39,804 nt of DNA from a virus. Its lineage: Duplodnaviria > Caudoviricetes. The stretch's first letter is position 1. The number at the start of each line of letters is the position of its first letter. The stretch spans positions 1 to 39,804 of IMG/VR virus record IMGVR_UViG_3300031228_000016; one strand, written 5' to 3'. The notes under the pieces are model-generated. The model ran no database searches and had not been told where the DNA came from. It was given only the letters and a program-made list of their open reading frames with translations. Below, piece after piece: positions 15,183 to 23,957 of this stretch. The position numbers and the translations under genes were made by a program.

Positions 15183-16534
15183 CGAGTCTGTGGCGGGCAA
15201 TCCGCGGGCGTCCCCCCGAGGAGGAGCGTGCGATCGCGACGCTCGACGACTATGCCCAGGCTCTGCAGGAGTCGTTGGGCTATGGCAGCTGGTCGTCTCT
15301 GGGGATGACGCAGACGCAGCCGGGGCAGGCAGCGGAGCGGGTGCCGACGGACTTCCCCGGGTACGCGACGCTGTTCGCGACGAACCCGGTGATCTGGGCG
15401 TGCATGTCTGCCAGGCAGGACGTGTTCTCGGCGACGCGGTTCCTGTGGCAGCGGCTGAACAAGGGCCGCCCCAGCGAGATGTTCGGCTCGTCGGACCTGC
15501 GGCTGCTGGAGGAGCCGTGGGTGGGCGGGACGACTCAGGATCTGCTGGCGCGGGTCATTCAGGACGCGGACCTTGCGGGCAACTCCTACTGGGCCCGGTC
15601 GGAGGATGGCGATCTGGTGCGGCTGCGGCCGGACTGGGTGCAGATCGTGTTGGAGCGCCGGGAGTTCCGCGGCGGCCACATGGGCTACAAGCGTCTCGGC
15701 TACCTGTACTCGGAGCCGGACGGAGATCCGGTGCCGCTGCTCGTGGACGAGGTGGTGCACTTCGCTCCGAAGCCAGACCCCATGGCCAGCTTCAGGGGCA
15801 TGTCGTGGCTGACGCCGATCCTGCGAGAGACCGCGAATGACAACCTCATGTCGCGGCACAAGCGCAGCTTCATGGAGAACGCGGCCACCCCGAACCTTGT
15901 GGTCAAGTTCGCCCGTGAGGTTCAGCCGGACGCTCTGGAGAAGTTCCGGGCGAAAGCGGATGCCGCCCACAAGGGGGCGTCGAACGCCTACAAGACGATG
16001 TACCTGGGCGGCGGTGCCGATGTCAGTGTGGTGGGCAGGGACTTCCAGCAGCTGGACTTCAGCAACACGCAGGGTGCCGGTGAGACGCGGATTGCCGCGG
16101 CGGCCGGCGTGCCTCCGATCATTGTGGGCCTGTCAGAGGGCCTGAAGGCCGCCACGTATTCGAACTACGGGCAGGCCAGGCGCCGGTTCGCGGACGGCAC
16201 GATTCATCCACTGTGGCAGAACGTGGCAGGCAGCTTCTCGCGCCTTGTGGCGCCTCCTGGTGGCGGATCCGGGGCCGTGCGCCTCTGGTACGACGCACGG
16301 GATGTTCCGTTCCTGCGGGAGGACCGCAAGGACGCCGCCGAGATCCAGGGGTTGCAGTCCCGCACGATCCGGGCACTCGTCGACGCCGGCTATGAGGCCG
16401 AGTCCGTGAAGCACGCCGTGATGTCCGAGGACTGGGACCTCCTGACGCACACCGGTCTCTTCTCCGTTCAGCTCCAGAAGCCAGGCGGTACCGGGCCGCC
16501 GACCGAGCCCATACCACCTGACGAGGAGGCGTAA
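15179..16534 (+). CDS. Portal protein (HK97 type)
   Basis: LAGNSY...LRPDWV...EVVHF...GMSWL...NAATP...IAAAAGVPP...YSN motifs; follows terL. Confidence 0.93.
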   Translation: MTSLWRAIRGRPPEEERAIATLDDYAQALQESLGYGSWSSLGMTQTQPGQAAERVPTDFPGYATLFATNPVIWACMSARQDVFSATRFLWQRLNKGRPSEMFGSSDLRLLEEPWVGGTTQDLLARVIQDADLAGNSYWARSEDGDLVRLRPDWVQIVLERREFRGGHMGYKRLGYLYSEPDGDPVPLLVDEVVHFAPKPDPMASFRGMSWLTPILRETANDNLMSRHKRSFMENAATPNLVVKFAREVQPDALEKFRAKADAAHKGASNAYKTMYLGGGADVSVVGRDFQQLDFSNTQGAGETRIAAAAGVPPIIVGLSEGLKAATYSNYGQARRRFADGTIHPLWQNVAGSFSRLVAPPGGGSGAVRLWYDARDVPFLREDRKDAAEIQGLQSRTIRALVDAGYEAESVKHAVMSEDWDLLTHTGLFSVQLQKPGGTGPPTEPIPPDEEA

Positions 16535-17592
16535 TGCCCCTGCATCCTGCGGCGCGCGACCTGGAAAGGTCGGCGCCGTTCTCATTTCAGCGAGCCGACG
16601 ACGACAGTCCGGGTGACGGCCGTGGCCTCACCGGCTATGCGGCCGTGTTCGGCCAGGACACCGAGATCGACTCGTGGGAGGGGCGGTTCACGGAGACGAT
16701 CCGTAAGGGCGCCTTCCGTAAGACGATCCGCGAGTCGACGCCCGTGATGCAGTTCGACCACGGTCGGCATCCGCTGATCGGGTCGCTGCCGATCGGGTCG
16801 ATCACGGATCTGCGGGAGGACGACCAGGGGCTCTATGTGGAGGGGCGGATCACGGACAACTGGCTGATGCAGCCGGTCCGGGATGCGATCTCCGAGGGCT
16901 CCGTCAACGGAATGTCGTTCCGCTTCGAGGTCGTGCGTGAGGAGTGGCGCGACGTCAACGGCAAGCTCGTCCGGCCTGAGGAGGTTCTCGACCTGCTGTG
17001 GATGCCGGGTGACCGGGGCCCGTTGCGACGGGAGCTGATCGAGCTGAAGTGTCGCGAGCTGGGGCCGGTCGTCTTTCCGGCATACGCCGGCACGGCTGTG
17101 TCGGTACGAGCGCGCGGCATGGCGGACGACCTGTTCCGCAGTGACGACATGGCTCGGCAGATCCGTCAGTCCCTGGCCCGGGATGCTGCGACTTCCGCAC
17201 CTGCCGTTCCGGAGGATCCAGACCTGCGCCGGGAGGTTGCCGTCTCTCTGTTGTTCCAGCGGCCCGGCGACATGGCGCGCGGCGAGCACGTCGTCATTGA
17301 CGTCAACACCCGCATGGACCCCGAGGAACTGGGGCGTCAGGTCCGCGACACGCTCCGCAACCTTCAGGAATCGACCGCGCCGCCCACCGGGCACCCGGTC
17401 ACCGAGACCACTCATGGCGCGCCGCTTGAGCGTGAGCACCCGCCAGCCCCCAGCACCACCGACGCGCCGCCCTCCGATGGGCACCCGTCCACACCGGAAG
17501 CCACCAGGCAGGAACGCCTCAGGTCCTATATCCGCGATATTGCGAAGGACATGAAGGCCACGCTGCCGCCCATCGAAGAGGACAAGCAGTGA
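16534..17592 (+). CDS. HK97-family prohead protease with a long C-terminal extension
   Basis: GYAAVF...ETIRKGAF...FDHG...GLYVEG...GMSFRF...ELGPVVFPAY. Confidence 0.92.
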   Translation: MPLHPAARDLERSAPFSFQRADDDSPGDGRGLTGYAAVFGQDTEIDSWEGRFTETIRKGAFRKTIRESTPVMQFDHGRHPLIGSLPIGSITDLREDDQGLYVEGRITDNWLMQPVRDAISEGSVNGMSFRFEVVREEWRDVNGKLVRPEEVLDLLWMPGDRGPLRRELIELKCRELGPVVFPAYAGTAVSVRARGMADDLFRSDDMARQIRQSLARDAATSAPAVPEDPDLRREVAVSLLFQRPGDMARGEHVVIDVNTRMDPEELGRQVRDTLRNLQESTAPPTGHPVTETTHGAPLEREHPPAPSTTDAPPSDGHPSTPEATRQERLRSYIRDIAKDMKATLPPIEEDKQ

Positions 17593-19082
17593 TGGAACTC
17601 TCGCACTCCCAGGCGGTGATCCGCCTCAACGACATCCAGGCTGAGCTCGAGCGGCTCGGCGAAAAGGATGTCCTGACGTCCGAGGACGAGCGAAGCTTCG
17701 AGGAGCTCACGCAGGAGTTCACCGACGTCAACGACCACAAGAAGCAGCTGGAACGGAAGTCGGCTCTGGAGCGGGTCCGTTCGGCGACCTCGGTGACCGA
17801 GCGCCGCCCGAGCGCTGTGAAGATCGAGGGCGGCACGCCGACCACCGCGCGTGACGGCTACGACGTCGACCCGATCCTGAACCCCGACTCGGTCGAGGAC
17901 AGGCGGTTCCGCAACCCTTGGGACCTCAGTGAGGTCCGTACCTTCGGCCAGTCGAAGGCGCAGGTTGCCCACGAGTTGCGCGCCCGCTCCCTGTCCGCCA
18001 TCGAGAAGATGGCCGGCGCTGACGACTTCGTCCGGCAGGCCGGTACGCAGATCGTCGAGCGGTGGGACGACGGCGACTCCCGTATCGCCAAGCTGGTGCT
18101 CGCGACCTCGAGCCCGGAGTACATGCGCGCCTGGTCGAAGTGCGCCGGCGGCAAGGGGCACATGCTGTCGCAGGACGAGCAGCGGGCTCTCGAGCGCGCC
18201 ATGTCGCTGACCGATTCGGCCGGCGGCTACCTCGTTCCCTTCCAGCTCGACCCGACGGTCATCATCACGGCCAACGGCTCCCGGAACCAGATCCGTGAGG
18301 CGGCCCGCACGGTCGTCGCGACCGGTGACGTGTGGAACGGCGTCTCCTCCGGAGCTGTCTCGTGGAGCTGGGACGCGGAGGGCGCCGAGGTCTCCGACGA
18401 CTCCACCACCTTCGCCCAGCCGACCGTCCCGGTGCACAAGGCGGCGGGCTTCGTCCCCATCTCCATCGAGGCACTGGAGGACGAGGCCAACGTCACCCAG
18501 GAAGTCGCGCGGCTTCTCGCGTTCGGCAAGGACACTCTCGAGGCCGCCGCCTTCACCACGGGCACCGGGAGCGGGCAGCCGACCGGTCTGGTGACGGCTC
18601 TGGCCGGCACCTCGTCCGAGGTCGCGCCGACCACCGCGGAGACGTTCGCCGCGGCGGACATCTACAAGATGGACCAGGCGCTCCCGGCCCGCTACCGGGG
18701 CAACGCGTCGTGGCTGGCGAACCGGGCGATCTACAACCTGGTCCGCCAGTTCGACACCAGCGGCGGCGCGCAGATGTGGGAGCGGCTCGCGGCCGATGTC
18801 CCGCCGATGCTGCTGGGGCGCCCGGCGCTCGAGGCCGAGGACATGGACGGCGCGTTCGACGCCACGGCCACGGCCGACAACTACGTCCTCGCCTACGGCG
18901 ATCTGCAGTCCTACGTGATCGCCGACCGGGTGGGGATGACGGTCGAGTTCATCCCGCACCTGTTCGCGACGGGCAACAACCGCCCGTCCGGGTCGCGCGG
19001 CTGGTACGCGTACTACCGCGTCGGGGCCGACGTCGTGAACGCCGCCGCCCTGCGTCTGCTCAACGTTGAGACGACTGCCTGA
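17592..19082 (+). CDS. Major capsid protein, HK97 fold with N-terminal delta domain
   Basis: Coiled-coil N-terminus, then AGGYLVP, W..EG, GTGSGQPTG, LLGRP, YGD and R.G..V motifs. Confidence 0.95.
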   Translation: MELSHSQAVIRLNDIQAELERLGEKDVLTSEDERSFEELTQEFTDVNDHKKQLERKSALERVRSATSVTERRPSAVKIEGGTPTTARDGYDVDPILNPDSVEDRRFRNPWDLSEVRTFGQSKAQVAHELRARSLSAIEKMAGADDFVRQAGTQIVERWDDGDSRIAKLVLATSSPEYMRAWSKCAGGKGHMLSQDEQRALERAMSLTDSAGGYLVPFQLDPTVIITANGSRNQIREAARTVVATGDVWNGVSSGAVSWSWDAEGAEVSDDSTTFAQPTVPVHKAAGFVPISIEALEDEANVTQEVARLLAFGKDTLEAAAFTTGTGSGQPTGLVTALAGTSSEVAPTTAETFAAADIYKMDQALPARYRGNASWLANRAIYNLVRQFDTSGGAQMWERLAADVPPMLLGRPALEAEDMDGAFDATATADNYVLAYGDLQSYVIADRVGMTVEFIPHLFATGNNRPSGSRGWYAYYRVGADVVNAAALRLLNVETTA

Positions 19083-19099
19083 TCCCACGTAGCGGCACA

Positions 19100-19129
19100 G
19101 CGGGGCCCGAGAGCCTTCTCGGGCCCCGC
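19100..19129 (+). terminator. Hairpin after the capsid gene (terminator or mRNA stabiliser)
   Basis: 13-bp stem GCGGGGCCCGAGA-gcct-TCTCGGGCCCCGC. Confidence 0.7.
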
Positions 19130-19149
19130 CTGCTGCGGAAAGGAACGCA

Positions 19150-19458
19150 ATGGCGATCAAGCGATGCAAGGCAGCGTTCGCCGTGTCGGTGAGCGGCGTG
19201 CCGCGCATGGTCACGGTCGGGCAGCTCGTCGACGCCTCCGATCCCGTCATCAAGGGCCGCGAGCATCTCTTCGAGGACGTCGAGACGCACGTATCGGAGA
19301 AGGCTGCACGTCAGGCTCCGAAGGTGGAGCAGGCGACCGCCGAACCGGGTGAGAAGCGATCCGTCGCGCCTCCGGCACGGAAGCCCCTGGCGAAGAAGAC
19401 GGCCGCGAAGCCGCCGACGGCAGAGAAGAACGAGATCGGCAAGGAGGGGACGTCGTGA
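19150..19458 (+). CDS. Phage protein following capsid (VEQATAEPGEKR motif)
   Basis: AAAGGA RBS; coupled to the next gene. Confidence 0.8.
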   Translation: MAIKRCKAAFAVSVSGVPRMVTVGQLVDASDPVIKGREHLFEDVETHVSEKAARQAPKVEQATAEPGEKRSVAPPARKPLAKKTAAKPPTAEKNEIGKEGTS

Positions 19459-19865
19459 GGCGCTCTGTCTACAACACGGTGGTCGCGAAGCCGTCCATCG
19501 CTCCTGCGCTGGTCGCATCGACCGCCACGGGAGCGTCGGTGGACCGGCTCGTCGACGGCGACGCTGCCCGGTCTGCGATGATCCTCATCCAGGTCGGAAC
19601 GGTCACGGACGGCACGCACACGATCGAGGTCCAGGACTCGCCGAACGGGTCGGACTGGACTGCGGTCGGCGCCGAGTTCCTGCAGGGAGCCGAGCCTGCG
19701 ATCACGTCGGCGAACGATGAGCGGGTCCACGAGATCGGCTACACCGGGCACCAGAGGTATCTCCGCGTCGTGTCGACGGTGTCGGGCGCGCCGGCCACGG
19801 GCGGCGTGTACGGGGCGACGGTACTCCTGGGGTACGGCCGGAAGATGCCGCCGACGAGGGCCTGA
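19455..19865 (+). CDS. Beta-rich virion protein, possibly head decoration
   Basis: IEVQDSPNGSDWT...GYTGHQRYLRVV; located in the head-neck cluster. Confidence 0.7.
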   Translation: MRRSVYNTVVAKPSIAPALVASTATGASVDRLVDGDAARSAMILIQVGTVTDGTHTIEVQDSPNGSDWTAVGAEFLQGAEPAITSANDERVHEIGYTGHQRYLRVVSTVSGAPATGGVYGATVLLGYGRKMPPTRA

Positions 19866-20515
19866 TGCCCGCCTTCGGCATGCTGCGCGACGACTTCGAC
19901 GATGCCAGTCGTGACGTCGTCCTCTGGTCGGGGTCGTATGGGGATGTCGTCGAGGAGGCAGGACTGGCCCGGGTGCCCTGCTCGACGGCGTTCTCTGCCT
20001 ACCAGTCAGCGTCGGTGTACACGTTGGCTGACTCGCAGGTGGCTTGCCGGGTGGTGCCACCGGCTGCAGGCGGCGCGACAGTGGAAGCCCTCGCCGAACT
20101 GCTGGTCATCACGAGCACGGGCGGCACGGATGGCGGCTTCAGCTTGAACGCCGTGACTGGTCAACTGTCGCTGGCGTCGCGGTCCGGCTACTTCGATGGC
20201 GCGGCCGTGGTGCTGACCTACTCGCCGACGGACCACGCGTGGCTTCGGCTGCGTGAGGCGGCAGGGGTCCTGTACTGGGAAACCTCACCGGACGGCACGG
20301 CATGGACCGTGGGCCGCTCGAGCGAGTCGCCAGCGTGGGTAGCTGACACGAACTTGAGCGTCATCATGGCCGGCCACCGCAACAACGGTACCGACGACTA
20401 CGCCGAGTTCGACAGCTTCAACATCGCCCGCGCTGGCTTCGTGGCGCCTTCGGACCGACAAGCGGCTGGCCTGGGTCCGTTGGTCAGGACAGGTTCAACA
20501 CTGAGCGGAGGATGA
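19865..20515 (+). CDS. Beta-sandwich (ConA/lectin-like) virion protein
   Basis: DDFDD N-terminus, WLRLREAAGVLYWETSPDGTAWT, AEFDSFN; coupled within the operon. Confidence 0.65.
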   Translation: MPAFGMLRDDFDDASRDVVLWSGSYGDVVEEAGLARVPCSTAFSAYQSASVYTLADSQVACRVVPPAAGGATVEALAELLVITSTGGTDGGFSLNAVTGQLSLASRSGYFDGAAVVLTYSPTDHAWLRLREAAGVLYWETSPDGTAWTVGRSSESPAWVADTNLSVIMAGHRNNGTDDYAEFDSFNIARAGFVAPSDRQAAGLGPLVRTGSTLSGG

Positions 20516-20516
20516 C

Positions 20517-21347
20517 ATGCCGTTCGACCTCGGCTCGGTCGTGCCCCTCGGTGCGACGGTGAAGGATGCCGCCGGAGATCTGGCCAATGCCGGCGCCATG
20601 TCGCTGACGGTGACCCTGCCGGATGGGACGACGACGGCCGTCTCCCCGGTTGCACCGGTTTCCACTGGCGTCTACGCCTACGACTATCCGACCCTGCAGG
20701 CTGGCCGCCACGTCGTCCGCTGGGTGGCCACCGGCATCAACGCAGGGGCGTACACGGACAGCTTCGACGTTCGGGAAGCTGCCCCGCCGTCGCTACTGTC
20801 GCTGGCGGACGCGAAGAAGCACTTGAACATCTCTGCTTCGTCGACTGGCGATGACGACGAGCTGCGGGGCTGGATCGAATCCACTGCGCGGGTCATCGAG
20901 CACTTCGTGGGTCCGATCATCCGCAGAACGGTTGTGGAGACGCATCGGGAGAAGGCTGCTACAGCGCTGGCGCTGCGGCGGACTCCCGCCCTTTCGATCA
21001 CGTCAGTGGAACCCGTGCTCACCGGCGGCGTCACCTATGACGCGGCGGACCTCGACCTGGACGCAGAGACAGGCCTGGTCGTTCGTAAGGACGGCGGGAG
21101 CTTCCGCGGTCCGCTGCGGATCACCTACGTCGCCGGTCGCGCGATCGTGCAGGCGAACTTCTCGCATGCGGCCCGGATCATTCTGCAGCACCTTTGGCGC
21201 ACTCAGCGAGGCAGTGGCCGTGGGCCGGCGATTGCAGGTTCGGAGGACTACTCGGTCACCGAGCCGATTCCGGGCTTCGGCTTCGCCATCCCGAACCGCG
21301 CCTTGCAGCTGCTGGATCCGGACCGACTTCCCCCGGGGGTGGCCTAG
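20517..21347 (+). CDS. Head-tail adaptor with an N-terminal Ig-like domain
   Basis: C-terminal LLSLADAKKHLN...DDDELR...ITYVAGR...HLWRTQRG adaptor motifs. Confidence 0.8.
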   Translation: MPFDLGSVVPLGATVKDAAGDLANAGAMSLTVTLPDGTTTAVSPVAPVSTGVYAYDYPTLQAGRHVVRWVATGINAGAYTDSFDVREAAPPSLLSLADAKKHLNISASSTGDDDELRGWIESTARVIEHFVGPIIRRTVVETHREKAATALALRRTPALSITSVEPVLTGGVTYDAADLDLDAETGLVVRKDGGSFRGPLRITYVAGRAIVQANFSHAARIILQHLWRTQRGSGRGPAIAGSEDYSVTEPIPGFGFAIPNRALQLLDPDRLPPGVA

Positions 21348-21793
21348 TGTCCCGCGTGCCTGAGCTGATCGATGCGCTGGTGAGCCGGTTCGGCACCGAC
21401 CCGGCTCTCACTGAGGCGGGGGTCGCCGACGGCCCCGAGCTGACCGAGGCCGATCGAGACGACTGGATTCTGGTTGGGTTCGACGGGGATCCGAACGGTG
21501 ACGGCCAGGCCGCGGTCACCGAGGAGGACTGGGCGGGGCTCGGAGTATCCCGTGAGGAAGACATTCGCCTTCCGGTCACCTTGCTGGCCCGCCGTGGCGA
21601 CACGGATGTGAAGGCGGCCAGGGCTCGCGTCTACGAACTGCTGGTCGCGGTTGGCGGCGTGCTGCACGCCGATCCGACGGCCGGCTTGCCCGGACTTCAG
21701 TGCTCCATTGGCGGCACTGCCTTGTATCAGGAGCAGACCGATGTGGGCATGCAAGCCCGTCTGGTGCTGACCCTCGTCTGCCGGACCATCTGA
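21347..21793 (+). CDS. Neck/tail terminator-like protein
   Basis: GTG start overlaps the previous TAG (MSRVPELIDAL…); size and position fit. Confidence 0.7.
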   Translation: MSRVPELIDALVSRFGTDPALTEAGVADGPELTEADRDDWILVGFDGDPNGDGQAAVTEEDWAGLGVSREEDIRLPVTLLARRGDTDVKAARARVYELLVAVGGVLHADPTAGLPGLQCSIGGTALYQEQTDVGMQARLVLTLVCRTI

Positions 21794-21801
21794 GGAGAGA
21801 C

Positions 21802-22140
21802 ATGGCCGCGCTCACAACCAACGTGGTCCCGCTGACGGGGCTGCGCATCGACAACTTGCTCGTCGCCGCCACGCTGGCGGGCGACGACTGCGCGACCGGG
21901 GCCGGTGTGCTGCTGGTCGTCAACAATGCTGACGCCAGCGCGCACACGGTGACGCTCGCGACGCCGGGCACGGTCGACGGCCTGGCCGTCGCGGACCGGG
22001 CCGTCGAAGTGGCGGCTGGTACCGAGGCCGTCATCCCGGTCACTGACCGGTACCGCGACTCCTCCACCGGGCGGTGCGCCATCACCTACGACGCGGTCAC
22101 CTCGGTGACGGTCGGCGTCATCCGGGTGGCTACGTCATGA
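21802..22140 (+). CDS. Small beta-rich structural protein
   Basis: GAGGAG RBS before ATG 21802. Confidence 0.75.
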   Translation: MAALTTNVVPLTGLRIDNLLVAATLAGDDCATGAGVLLVVNNADASAHTVTLATPGTVDGLAVADRAVEVAAGTEAVIPVTDRYRDSSTGRCAITYDAVTSVTVGVIRVATS

Positions 22141-22322
22141 CCGTGCACATGCGGCACCCCGATCTGCCGGAGGAGCAGCAGATCGAGGTCGGCGAGTCCG
22201 CCGTTCCGGTACACCGGGCCGCGGGCTGGGTCGTCGTCGAGCCCAAGCCTGCCCCTGTTCCCATTTCCAAGCCCTCGGCCGGTAAGCGTCGGCGGGCCGT
22301 CTCTGACGAGGAGAACGTCTGA
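22137..22322 (+). CDS. Small phage protein (MTVHMRHPDLP…)
   Basis: Overlaps both neighbouring genes. Confidence 0.7.
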   Translation: MTVHMRHPDLPEEQQIEVGESAVPVHRAAGWVVVEPKPAPVPISKPSAGKRRRAVSDEENV

Positions 22323-22804
22323 TGGCAGCAACCCCTATCGCCTCGTCGGTGCGCTACTACCGCCGCGGCCTGACCAAGGTGTCCTGGGTTCCGACGGTCG
22401 TCGACAAGACGTCTCCGACGCGGGCCGAGCTGGATGCCGGGACCGAGCTCAGCGTGGAGGTGGGTGCCGTTGAGGGCTGGCAGATCGTGTCCGCCGTCGT
22501 CGAGACCCCGGCGCTGGGCTCCAAGTTCAACTCGAAGATCGACGGGGCGATCAGCGCGGACGACTCGTCGCTGACGCTGTACGCGTCGCAGACCGGGACC
22601 GACGTCCGTGACCTCCTCATCCGCGGCACCAACGGGTACGTGGTGTGGATGGACGAGGGCGACACTGAGGACCGGAAGATGGATGTCTTCCCGGTGCGCG
22701 TCTTGGCGCAGGGCAAGCTCCGGGGGATGGAAGAGGCCGCGCAGGTGCAGGTTCAGTTCGCGGTCACCTCGGAACCCGCCGAGAACGTCACGATCCCGGC
22801 CTGA
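22322..22804 (+). CDS. Major tail tube protein
   Basis: PTRAELDAG...GW...I.G....DDSSLT.Y...GYVV...DVFPV pattern of actinophage tail tubes. Confidence 0.85.
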   Translation: MAATPIASSVRYYRRGLTKVSWVPTVVDKTSPTRAELDAGTELSVEVGAVEGWQIVSAVVETPALGSKFNSKIDGAISADDSSLTLYASQTGTDVRDLLIRGTNGYVVWMDEGDTEDRKMDVFPVRVLAQGKLRGMEEAAQVQVQFAVTSEPAENVTIPA

Positions 22805-23316
22805 TGGCAGGCAGCGTCCAGATCACCGGCACGGGGCAGCTGATCCAGATGTCCCGCCGTCTGAAGGCGGCTGGCGGGTCCCGGCTGAAGGCCAACTTCG
22901 CTCGCAGGATCCGCCGGGCCGGTGAGCCGTTGAAGACGGACATGCAGGCAACGATCCGGTCGCTGCCGATCCGGGCTGAGCCTCGGAAGCCCGGGTCGCG
23001 TGGCGGCCCCTCGCCGTCGCGTCGACCGCTGCGCGCTCAGATCGCCGGGGCGGTGCGAATCTCCGTCCGGACCGGTGGCAGCCCGGGTGCTCGGGTGTGG
23101 ATTGATCGGTCCTCGCTGCCTACCGACATCAAGAACATGCCGTGGGTCATGAACTCGGCGACCGGCAGAATCCGGCATCCGGTGTTCGGCAACAAGAAGC
23201 GCTGGGTGAACCAGTGGACCACACCGCTGTGGTGGGACAAGACCGTGCAGAAGCATACGTCGCGTATGCAGGCGGAGGTTGCACGGATTCTCGACGACGT
23301 CCGCAACCAGCTCTAG
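22804..23316 (+). CDS. Basic tail-completion protein (HK97 gp10-like)
   Basis: Arg-rich, RHPVFGN..WV.Q motif; position after the tail tube. Confidence 0.7.
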   Translation: MAGSVQITGTGQLIQMSRRLKAAGGSRLKANFARRIRRAGEPLKTDMQATIRSLPIRAEPRKPGSRGGPSPSRRPLRAQIAGAVRISVRTGGSPGARVWIDRSSLPTDIKNMPWVMNSATGRIRHPVFGNKKRWVNQWTTPLWWDKTVQKHTSRMQAEVARILDDVRNQL

Positions 23317-23325
23317 GAGCTCCCT

Positions 23326-23853
23326 TTGATCATCGTCTACACACCTGCCGAGGGTGAGCCGGAGCACTTCGACGCGCGCTCCCTGCGGGTCTCCGAGGTG
23401 TCCATCGTCTCGAGGACGATCAACCAGAAGTGGCCGCTCATCAAGCAGGGGCTGGCGGACGATGATCTGGACGCGATGCGCGGTATCGCCTGGGTCATCA
23501 AGAAGCGCGGCCATCCCAGCCTGCCCTTCGACGCTTTCGACCCCGGGATCGAGGAACTGACCACGAAGCTCGACAAGACGGAGGTCGTCACCTGGATCAC
23601 CGAAGCTCTTGCGATCGCTTCGAGCGATACCGAGGTGACGGGTGACGAACTGGCTGAGGCGCTGCGCGGCCTGTCGGGCATCGCATTCGACCCGGACCAC
23701 GCCGAGGCCATGATCAAGGAAATGGTCGACAGCCCAAAAGGCAGCGGGGAGAAGCCGGCCCTCGAGGAGGCCAGCCTGTCATCCCAGTCGAAGACCAACC
23801 CGGAATCGACGAGCAGCGAGTCGAGTACCTCGGACTCTTCGCCTGCCGGCTGA
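23326..23853 (+). CDS. Tail assembly chaperone (gpG-like)
   Basis: AGGAG RBS with TTG start; upstream of tape measure; in-frame slippery site C CCA AAA at 23733-23739. Confidence 0.85.
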   Translation: MIIVYTPAEGEPEHFDARSLRVSEVSIVSRTINQKWPLIKQGLADDDLDAMRGIAWVIKKRGHPSLPFDAFDPGIEELTTKLDKTEVVTWITEALAIASSDTEVTGDELAEALRGLSGIAFDPDHAEAMIKEMVDSPKGSGEKPALEEASLSSQSKTNPESTSSESSTSDSSPAG

Positions 23854-23957
23854 GCATGCCGCCCGACGTCGTCGACCGGCAGAAGGTCGAGGACTTCGAG
23901 CAGTTGGTCCGCTGGCTAGATCGTGACATCGCAGAGCAGCAGGCGGGAGGCGAGTAG
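23733..23957 (+). CDS. -1 frameshift extension of the tail chaperone (gpGT-like C-terminus)
   Basis: The -1 frame from the slippery site reads PKRQRGEAG…EYLGLFACRLSMPPDVVDRQKVEDFEQLVRWLD…GGE*. Its TAG (23955-23957) overlaps the tape measure GTG. Confidence 0.85.
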   Translation, partial: PKRQRGEAGPRGGQPVIPVEDQPGIDEQRVEYLGLFACRLSMPPDVVDRQKVEDFEQLVRWLDRDIAEQQAGGE

